From: Microcystis aeruginosa NIES-2549
GTDB lineage: Bacteria > Cyanobacteriota > Cyanobacteriia > Cyanobacteriales > Microcystaceae
Reading direction: 5' to 3'
Assembly (NCBI RefSeq): GCF_000981785.2
Contig: NZ_CP011304.1
Span: forward strand, 2,310,001 to 2,342,000
DNA length: 32,000 bases
Under the pieces are notes generated by a model. The model saw only the letters and a list, made by a program, of their open reading frames with translations, had not been told where the DNA came from and did no database searches. The translations under genes were made by a program, and so were the position numbers. Every line of letters starts with the position of its first letter. Positions within the stretch are counted from its first letter, which is position 1. This document shows, one piece after another, positions 25,667 to 32,000 of this stretch.

Positions 25667-26548
25667 TTAATACAAACTTCCCCCAATCATAGCCGCTAAT
25701 AAAATAAAACCGACCCAAACATTTTGACCGAACATTTGACCATAAACTGGTTTAGGTAAATCCGATTGACGTAACAGCCGGTATTGACGCAACCAAGCGA
25801 TCGCCGCTAGACCCAACCCTAGCCAAAAAAAGGCTGATAACTGCATTTTTTGCCCCTCCCAAGCCAATAAACCCACTGTTAGGGCAAAAAAGACCCCCAC
25901 GGCTTCCGGGGCGTATTTGCCGAAAAATATGGCACTAGAGTTAATACCAACCTTGAGATCATCCTCTCGATCGGACAGAGCATAAATTGTATCAAATGCC
26001 AATGTCCAAAAAATCACCGCTCCCCATAATATAAATGTATTACTATTTAACGCCCCAGTGACGGCACTCCAACAGATTAAAACCGCAAAACCCCAAGCGA
26101 GAGAAAGAACCAATTGGGGTACAGGAAAAAAACGCTTGGCGAGAGGATAGCAGATAATCAAGGGAACGGCGGCTACACATAGGCAAAAACTCAGGAAATT
26201 GAGATATAAAGCTAAAATTGCGGCGCAAAAGAAAGCAATTAGAGCGATAATCAAACCAACCTTGATCGATAAAGCTCTGGCCGCTAAAGGACGGTTACGA
26301 GTGCGATCAACCTGTGGATCAATATCCCGATCCCAAAGATCGTTAACCACACAGCCGGCGGCGCTAGTAGCCAAAGTTCCCAAAATGATCACCCCGATCA
26401 AGGGTAGCGGTGGCACACCGTCTGCCGCCAAAAATACCGCCCATAAAGCGGGAATCATCAAAATTAACCTACCGGCGGGTTTATCCCAGCGCAAGAGGCG
26501 AATAATCGTCATCCAAGTGGGTTCTAGATCGGGTTGGGATATAGTCAT
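25667..26548 (-). CDS. ubiA: 4-hydroxybenzoate polyprenyltransferase (UbiA family; plastoquinone pathway in cyanobacteria)
   Basis: 293 aa with about 8 TM helices. First Asp-rich motif NDLWDRDIDPQVDRTRNRPLA; second motif YALSDREDD. Confidence 0.9.
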   Translation of the reverse strand: MTISQPDLEPTWMTIIRLLRWDKPAGRLILMIPALWAVFLAADGVPPLPLIGVIILGTLATSAAGCVVNDLWDRDIDPQVDRTRNRPLAARALSIKVGLIIALIAFFCAAILALYLNFLSFCLCVAAVPLIICYPLAKRFFPVPQLVLSLAWGFAVLICWSAVTGALNSNTFILWGAVIFWTLAFDTIYALSDREDDLKVGINSSAIFFGKYAPEAVGVFFALTVGLLAWEGQKMQLSAFFWLGLGLAAIAWLRQYRLLRQSDLPKPVYGQMFGQNVWVGFILLAAMIGGSLY

Positions 26549-26586
26549 AATTTCTCGTAAAAAGTAGAAACTAGGAGTTAAGGGGA

Positions 26587-26635
26587 TGTGGGGTGTGGGG
26601 TGTGGGGTGTGGGGTGTGGGGTGTGGGGTGTGGGG
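26587..26635. repeat. heptanucleotide tract, family B: 7 perfect TGTGGGG units
   Basis: The tract is 49 bp and perfect, flanked by aggggA and TTTTGGGG. That gives 9 G4-runs on the + strand. It lies in the DUF427-ubiA spacer. Confidence 0.95.
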
Positions 26636-26670
26636 TTTTGGGGAGAAAATTAATTAATTTTGGCCAGTAG

Positions 26671-26691
26671 CTGCCTTTTGCCTTTTGCCTT
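26671..26691. repeat. heptanucleotide tract, family C (TTGCCTT), 3 units
   Basis: ctgcctt ttgcctt ttgcctt. Confidence 0.8.
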
Positions 26692-26736
26692 TCCTAACCA
26701 AGAAGTTAATTTTGCACGACTACTTACTTAACGTGA

Positions 26737-27234
26737 TTACCAGCCCCAACTATTGGGAACGCCTTTAAACGGACCAACCACATCGGAGGTTATCCATCCC
26801 CCGTAAAAGTTGCCCGGTTGCGGTTGTACTAATTCCCCATCGGCATAACAAGCGGTCATTTTGGCAGGATAAAAAGCCAGATAATTCTTAATTGCCTGAA
26901 ACTCTGGTGTCGGGTCCGGATAATACCAAGCGGCGTTAATTGCCTGTTGGTCGCCAACTGTGATATTGTAATATCCGGCTAGACCTTTCCACTCACAAAA
27001 AGACTTTTCTGCTGTGGCTTGCAGGTATTCCATTTTAATATCTTGGGGCGGTAGATAATAAACTGGAGGATGACTGGTTTCTAGAACTCGATAACTGCTT
27101 TTAGTATCGGCAATTATCACCCCATTAAAGATAATTTTTAGGTGTTTAGGCGATAATTCTAGGCGCGGGGGACGAGGATAATCCCAGACGGATTCCTGTC
27201 CTGCTTTTGCTGGTATCGGTTGGGGACGAAACAT
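26737..27234 (-). CDS. DUF427-domain protein
   Basis: 165 aa. The FCEWKGLAGYYNI...AAWYYPDP pattern is typical of DUF427 (CxWKGxAxYY...AWxYxxP). Confidence 0.8.
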   Translation of the reverse strand: MFRPQPIPAKAGQESVWDYPRPPRLELSPKHLKIIFNGVIIADTKSSYRVLETSHPPVYYLPPQDIKMEYLQATAEKSFCEWKGLAGYYNITVGDQQAINAAWYYPDPTPEFQAIKNYLAFYPAKMTACYADGELVQPQPGNFYGGWITSDVVGPFKGVPNSWGW

Positions 27235-27260
27235 AATTTTTCTTATATTATTCTCCGAGT

Positions 27261-27303
27261 CAGTTCACTGTTTACTGATTACTGATCACTGATCACTGAA
27301 AAG
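27261..27303. repeat. heptanucleotide tract, family A, ending in CACTGAAAA
   Basis: cagttcactgtttactgattactgatcactgatcactgaaaag. It overlaps the last 8 codons and the stop of the DUF1499 CDS on the opposite strand (...FSVISDQ*). Confidence 0.9.
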
Positions 27304-27794
27304 AGTTTTCTCAGGGTTTCCACTCGTTCTCGATTGACATTTAAATCCGATTCTCCTAACCGGGAGGCCGAGCGAACATCGATCGCATTTTTGCTAGGAT
27401 TAAGAGAAAATTCTAGATCATCGACAAATCCCATCCATTGACTGCTAAATTCGGCGTAGAGATAGTTACTATCTTGGTTAATAATTTTAGTTCTCGGTTG
27501 GGAGGCGATAATTTTAGCTAATTGCTCGATCGCTTTTTCACCGCTACCCTGATAACTAAGGGGTTCGATCGCATGAGCCTGATCCTGACTCTGACTACTA
27601 ACACAATTAGGAGTGACCGGACAAGGGGCCAGTTTACCTTCCCTGACTCCCAAATAATCGGGACGAGTACCGGCGAATAAACTGACGCTATCGGGAGCAA
27701 TTAACCTAATTCCTAGCCAGATGAGCAGTATTCCCAGGAAAATAAACGGGGTTAGCCGGAAAGATTTTTTTACCGTGTCGGAAGTTTCAGTCAT
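27279..27794 (-). CDS. DUF1499-domain protein with N-terminal membrane anchor
   Basis: 171 aa. An N-terminal TM helix, CPVTPNCVSSQ, and a DVRSASRLGESDLNVN-type C-terminus, as in DUF1499. Confidence 0.75.
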   Translation of the reverse strand: MTETSDTVKKSFRLTPFIFLGILLIWLGIRLIAPDSVSLFAGTRPDYLGVREGKLAPCPVTPNCVSSQSQDQAHAIEPLSYQGSGEKAIEQLAKIIASQPRTKIINQDSNYLYAEFSSQWMGFVDDLEFSLNPSKNAIDVRSASRLGESDLNVNRERVETLRKLFSVISDQ

Positions 27795-27864
27795 GCTAGT
27801 CTTACAGAATCACTTCAATTAACTTAACATTGATAGGTGTGGCAATATCAGGAGATAGAATAAG

Positions 27865-28068
27865 ATGTTTCTCGATGAATTACAACCCGTTGTTAAAGAA
27901 CTGATTCAACAACCGATCGCTTTTTTCGGTGGTTTTGCCTCTGGATTACTGCGCTTGAAACTTTCGGACGATCCCCTCAAAAAATGGTTAGAAGAGCAGG
28001 GATTAGTCAGTTTTAACGACAATAATCAGGATAACGGCAACAGTCCCCAGTCGATCTCGATCGATTAG
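27865..28068 (+). CDS. small hypothetical protein
   Basis: 67 aa with an ATG start, in its own intergenic slot. I recognised no family. Confidence 0.5.
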   Translation: MFLDELQPVVKELIQQPIAFFGGFASGLLRLKLSDDPLKKWLEEQGLVSFNDNNQDNGNSPQSISID

Positions 28069-28141
28069 GGATCGGGAGTTAGCTGTTGGGGGTGAGGGTA
28101 TTCTCCCATCCCCAAAACCCCCCGCTTACCACCCCATAAGC

Positions 28142-28606
28142 TTAACTTGTTGCTGAAAGTAGATAAATTTCCTCAGCTACTCTTTTTAAGCGTCTTAATT
28201 GCGCTTCCATATCCTTTTTAGTCCATTTGGCGGCGAATTGCTGGAATCCCCACCCCACAACCGGATTAGGAATCGCAAACTCAAAACGATTGATTAGACA
28301 AGTGCCGCCATCATTGGGTTGACATTCCCAGCGATCGCAGCCGCGAAAAAAGCCTTCAAATTGCCAGACAATTAACCCCGGTTCCCTCTCAATCACCGTA
28401 CTTTTTAGCGTTGGCTGAATTAGGGGGATTTGAATCAAAAAACGACTTCTCCCACCGATATCGGTCTTCCAATCGCCGATAGGTTCACAAACTAACACCG
28501 GATTCAACCAACGACGCATTAACTCTAAATCCGTGATACAACGCTCCACCGTCGTGGCACTAGCTTTAATCTGAATTGATTGTTCAAATACTTGACAAGA
28601 TGACAT
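28142..28606 (-). CDS. SRPBCC-superfamily (polyketide cyclase/dehydrase-like) protein
   Basis: 154 aa. The size and strand/helix pattern (IQIKASATTVERCITDLELMRRWLNP...) fit the SRPBCC fold. The assignment is tentative. Confidence 0.65.
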   Translation of the reverse strand: MSSCQVFEQSIQIKASATTVERCITDLELMRRWLNPVLVCEPIGDWKTDIGGRSRFLIQIPLIQPTLKSTVIEREPGLIVWQFEGFFRGCDRWECQPNDGGTCLINRFEFAIPNPVVGWGFQQFAAKWTKKDMEAQLRRLKRVAEEIYLLSATS

Positions 28607-28840
28607 TGATCTGCTTATAAATTACTGGCTGAGAATTATCGGTAGTCGGACAAAAATAAAGTTAACTGTGCAGACAAGGCAACAGTAAGGGTTTCGGCCT
28701 TGGTTACATTTCTTAACATAGTCTTGTTTATAGCCTTTCTCATCAAGATGAAGTGTAACCTAATTTGCTATGGACGACCGGCGATCGACTCCCCAAAACG
28801 AAAACTTCCTACCTCACCATTAAGATAACTGCTCTCAAGC

Positions 28841-31153
28841 TCACTTTTTCACCAACTTGACAAATTCTCGAAAACGTTGGCGTAATCTCTCAATATTAGC
28901 CGATTTCCCGCCATAACGCCAATCAACGTAGGCGCGAGCAATCTCCTCGATAATATTCGCCACTGGCGGCGGTTGGACGCTGCGGGCGGCGGTGGCGTAT
29001 TCTAAAGGAGTTTGAGCGGGATGTTTACCATAACCGGCTTCTGTTAAGATTCCTAACATTTGCTGGTATAAACGCTCGATTGGTGGTAGTTTTGCCAACT
29101 TACGACCCCGACGCCAACGATGGAACTGTCGCCATCCTAACCAACCAGCGTAAGCGAGGACGACCCCCACTAAACCACCGAGAATTCCCCCGAAAAGACT
29201 GCCAGAAATAAAGCGCCATAACCATGCCAATAACTGACCGATGGTAACGATAACATTTTCCCAAATCAGACCGAGAAAACCCGTTACTGGGGAAGGCAAC
29301 CATCCGGCTACCCATTGCCAAAATTGCTTGAGGACGCTAAAAGGTTCCGCTTGCTCAAAGGATGGGGGAATTAATTCGTGGCCCGGGATAGGATCGAAAG
29401 TGTACCAACCGTAACCAGGGAAAAACACCTCTGTGATGGCGTAAGCGTCCGTATTTTGGACAACATAAAAGCCAGTGAAAGGATTAAACTGGCCAGGGGC
29501 AAAACCGGTGGCTAATCGGGCAGGAATACCGATCGAGCGTAACATAATCGTTAACACGCTGGAAAAATGATCGGCGTAACCCCCCTGAAAACGAAACAAA
29601 AAGGCCGAGACTAAATCCTCATTTTTGGCTAAAAAGGGCAAATCGGTTTTTAATTCATAGTTTTGCTTCAATGCTTGGGCCAAATATAGGGCCTTCTCGT
29701 AGGGAGAGGTTAAAGGTGTGGGAGATTTGGCCAGCAATTCCTCGGTTTTTCGGCGGACTTTCGGGGCAATTTCGGCAGGAATTTGTAAATAATAGTTGAG
29801 AATAGACTTAGGGTAAGTTTCTGGGGCCGATCGCAGTTGGCTGCGATTGCGTTCTGGCACTTGTGAGATTACAGTATAAGTTAGCCCTTCTGCTAATCCC
29901 CCCGGCGACCTTAAGCTATTTTCTCGGTCCAAAGATACCTGTCGGGTAGGAAAAAAGAGAAACTGAGGCGAAGTAAGAGCAGGGATAATATTCGGTAAAC
30001 TAGAGACAATGCTGTAGGTTTGGACTACCTGATGGGTTTTTGCTTGGGTTGCGGGTAGTGGCACAAAAAAGCGGTAGGACCAACTACTGCGATTTAAATC
30101 CTCTAATTCTTGATCTCGCGAGATTTGCCACCCTTGACCAGTATAGCGATCAAAGGCCATGGCCCGCCAGAATCCGGGGGCTTGGGAACGTACCCGCATG
30201 ACTGTCTGGGGAGTCATACTTCCCCGCAAATTTTGGTTAATTTGAGGGTTAAAACCGTAATAAAAGGTAGAATCTAACTGTCCTGACCCTGTAGTGGGAC
30301 TATTACCGCCATTTACGCCACCCTTCCCCGTTTCACCCTCGCGCACATAGCCGGGGTTAACGATTTGTCTGTCTCCCTGTTCAAAATCCTGATTTTCCAT
30401 ACCTTCGGGACTATTGACGGGAAAAGATTGAATTTGATAACCCGGAAAACGCGGCATCAGAGCAAAAATTGTCAATCCCAAGAGGAGAATTGTCAGAAAG
30501 AAAATCCCAAAACGTTTGGGAGAAAGGGAAGAATTTTGCGGGGAAACTAATTTTTTTGTGGCTAGACGCGGGGATTTCTTTGAGAAGAAAGGGAGACTCT
30601 GATTGAGATTATCTAAACCTAAACGAGAACGGTAGTCTAAAACTAGGGTAGGTAGGGATAAAAACAGAAAGAGGATTAACCAAGGCGCAAAAGCGAGGGT
30701 TTCGGAGATTGTCCCGGCGACTCCCAAGAGAATTAAACCGATTACCATAGAATACCCTAAATCTTTGCGTCGGGGCAGGTCAAAACTATGGAGAATTTGT
30801 AATTGAATTAATAATTGTGTTAGGGCAATGCGACTATCCTGCATCGCAACGATATTACCCAAGAATAGCGCCAACACTACCAACATTCCGATCGCTATAC
30901 AAAATTTTGCCCCGATATTGCGCTTTTTCCTGCGTCGCCAACTCCAGATTCCGCCGATAATACTGAGAGGAACGGCCCAAATACTGGTATAACTATCGGT
31001 AGCCACATCGGTGGCGATAATACCGACGATTACTAAAGCTTGCACCAGAATTCTTAAAATAATCGATTCCTCGGTTTCTGGTAGGGGAAAAGATTCTATC
31101 TTTTGCCAGAGGGTTTTTAAGGAAGGTTTTGGACGAGCGGCACTGCTAACCAT
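28841..31153 (-). CDS. TgpA-like transglutaminase-domain membrane protein with a degenerate catalytic triad
   Basis: 770 aa. An N-terminal multi-TM block is followed by the transglutaminase-core alignment FQGGYADHFSSVLTIMLRSIGIPARLATGF ... DAYAITEVFFPGYGWYTFDP, then C-terminal TM helices and a DUF4129-like tail. The canonical GxC(E)xFA Cys reads Ala, and the canonical DAHAW His reads Tyr. Confidence 0.85.
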   Translation of the reverse strand: MVSSAARPKPSLKTLWQKIESFPLPETEESIILRILVQALVIVGIIATDVATDSYTSIWAVPLSIIGGIWSWRRRKKRNIGAKFCIAIGMLVVLALFLGNIVAMQDSRIALTQLLIQLQILHSFDLPRRKDLGYSMVIGLILLGVAGTISETLAFAPWLILFLFLSLPTLVLDYRSRLGLDNLNQSLPFFSKKSPRLATKKLVSPQNSSLSPKRFGIFFLTILLLGLTIFALMPRFPGYQIQSFPVNSPEGMENQDFEQGDRQIVNPGYVREGETGKGGVNGGNSPTTGSGQLDSTFYYGFNPQINQNLRGSMTPQTVMRVRSQAPGFWRAMAFDRYTGQGWQISRDQELEDLNRSSWSYRFFVPLPATQAKTHQVVQTYSIVSSLPNIIPALTSPQFLFFPTRQVSLDRENSLRSPGGLAEGLTYTVISQVPERNRSQLRSAPETYPKSILNYYLQIPAEIAPKVRRKTEELLAKSPTPLTSPYEKALYLAQALKQNYELKTDLPFLAKNEDLVSAFLFRFQGGYADHFSSVLTIMLRSIGIPARLATGFAPGQFNPFTGFYVVQNTDAYAITEVFFPGYGWYTFDPIPGHELIPPSFEQAEPFSVLKQFWQWVAGWLPSPVTGFLGLIWENVIVTIGQLLAWLWRFISGSLFGGILGGLVGVVLAYAGWLGWRQFHRWRRGRKLAKLPPIERLYQQMLGILTEAGYGKHPAQTPLEYATAARSVQPPPVANIIEEIARAYVDWRYGGKSANIERLRQRFREFVKLVKK

Positions 31154-31279
31154 AGGCTAAATTGGGAGAAGGATCAAAAAGTTAATTTTATGTTTCCCAG
31201 TTCTAATCTCGATCGCTCCATGAGGTAAAGTGGATTTTAGATGTCAGGAGTCAGGAGACGGGAGATAGGGAGCAAAAAG

Positions 31280-31326
31280 CTGATAACTGATTACTGATTA
31301 CTGATAACTGATAACTGATTACTGAC
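31280..31326. repeat. heptanucleotide tract, family A, ending 2 nt before the pcyA start codon
   Basis: ctgataactgattactgattactgataactgataactgattactgac-cc-ATG. Confidence 0.9.
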
Positions 31327-31328
31327 CC

Positions 31329-32000
31329 ATGATAGCCGTTACCAACCCTGAAATTTTACCGTTACTTCATCCCCTGATTGGACAATTAGCCACAGCAATT
31401 TTGTCCCAGTGGGAAAATTATCTTGATTTGTCGCCCTTTGAGTTGCCGGAAGGTTTAGGCTATGTGGAGGGACGTTTAGAAGGGGAAAAATTAATTATCG
31501 AGAATCGCTGCTATCAAACCCCCCAGTTCCGCAAAATGCACCTAGAACTGGCTAAACTGGGCAATGGTTTGGATATCCTTCACTGTGTCATGTTCCCCCG
31601 TCCAGAATATCCGCTGCCGATGTTTGGATGTGATATAGTCTCCGGCAAAGCGGGAATCAGTGCCGCTATTGTGGATCTTTCTCCCACCAGTGGCGATAAA
31701 ACTCTCTCTAGTGCCTATAATGAGGCTTTAGCGGCTTTACCTGGGGCCGATTTCGCCCAAGCTCGTGATTTGCCTCCTTGGGGTCATATTTTCTCCGAAT
31801 ATTGTCTGTTTATTCGTCCCGAAACCGCCGCCGAGGAACGACAATTTTTACAAAGAGTTACAGATTTCTTGACAATTCACTGCAAATGTGCTAAGGAAAG
31901 TCAGCCTCTTTCCGGGGAAGAAGCGCGCATTTATTTACAGGGACAACGGGATTATTGTAGTCAACAGCAGAAAAACGATAAAACTCGGCGTGTACTAGAA
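31329..32000 (+). CDS. pcyA: phycocyanobilin:ferredoxin oxidoreductase, N-terminal 224 codons (3' end beyond the window)
   Basis: The frame is open from ATG 31329 to the window end. The translation [21 protein letters not shown]...[44 protein letters not shown]...DLSP matches the PcyA/FDBR signature. It is absent from the ORF track only because no stop codon falls within the window. Confidence 0.92.
   Translation, partial: MIAVTNPEILPLLHPLIGQLATAILSQWENYLDLSPFELPEGLGYVEGRLEGEKLIIENRCYQTPQFRKMHLELAKLGNGLDILHCVMFPRPEYPLPMFGCDIVSGKAGISAAIVDLSPTSGDKTLSSAYNEALAALPGADFAQARDLPPWGHIFSEYCLFIRPETAAEERQFLQRVTDFLTIHCKCAKESQPLSGEEARIYLQGQRDYCSQQQKNDKTRRVLE

Noticed and set aside
26043-26567. ORFs 26043-26228 (-) and 26199-26567 (+) inside or antisense to ubiA
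   Set aside because: They are basic, low-complexity translations antisense or off-frame to a membrane-protein gene. They have no independent start context.
335-30550. Other short nested ORFs in the track: 335-520, 1313-1513, 2080-2340, 5788-6048, 6468-6722, 9268-9543, 12228-12425, 14430-14618, 18007-18210, 20610-20810, 21174-21440, 21327-21557, 22259-22447, 22994-23188, 24116-24388, 24553-24762, 27518-27700, 29100-29321, 30365-30550
   Set aside because: Each lies within, or largely antisense to, a longer CDS with clear family signatures. None shows a recognisable motif.
2427-31326. Possibility that the tandem repeats are CRISPR arrays
   Set aside because: The units are 7 nt with no spacers, or, at 2427-2571, only two units of unequal length. 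No cas genes lie in the window. These are STRR/REP-like repeats, not CRISPR.
10335-32000. Co-occurrence of hemW, hemF and pcyA as a possible tetrapyrrole cluster
   Set aside because: The genes are 8-10 kb apart, on different strands, and separated by unrelated housekeeping genes. There is no operon structure, so the co-occurrence is probably coincidental.
1-32000. Search for tRNA, rRNA, tmRNA, RNase P, riboswitches, transposases and integrases
   Set aside because: No cloverleaf-capable segments, rRNA-like stretches or recognisable riboswitch cores turned up in the intergenic regions on manual reading. No ORF has DDE, tyrosine-recombinase or serine-recombinase motifs. A covariance-model scan (Infernal/Rfam, tRNAscan-SE) would be needed to exclude small RNAs.

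Overview
This 32-kb chromosomal segment reads as a unicellular cyanobacterium, most like Microcystis. That assignment is an inference from three things: 11 copies of the HIP1 octamer GCGATCGC, the gene content (pcyA, hemF, a plastoquinone-type ubiA), and heptanucleotide STRR-like tracts in almost every intergenic spacer. About 30 intact CDSs are present and most are housekeeping: murC-murB, hisD, aroK, hemW, trmFO, mutS, hemF, tilS, a UvrD-like helicase, ubiA and pcyA (3'-truncated by the window). The only clearly accessory block is at the left edge (1-2431). It holds a 5'-truncated cytosine-5 DNA methyltransferase, an overlapping NotI-family-like restriction endonuclease, and a HigB/HigA toxin-antitoxin pair, all co-directional. 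This block ends in hairpin repeats next to convergent murB. I saw no rRNA, tRNA, CRISPR, transposase or integrase. I do not see convincing evidence for a wholly new multi-gene system. The items most worth follow-up are: (i) the R-M plus HigBA cassette and its dyad operator; (ii) a transglutaminase-like membrane protein whose Cys and His catalytic residues read Ala and Tyr; (iii) polar ACTGAT(A/T) heptamer tracts ending in CACTGAAAA that point at downstream start codons; (iv) a perfect (TGTGGGG)7 G-quadruplex-capable tract; (v) a frameshifted Excalibur-domain gene; (vi) several MITE-like palindromic elements. All family names come from motif recognition by eye. No database search was run.
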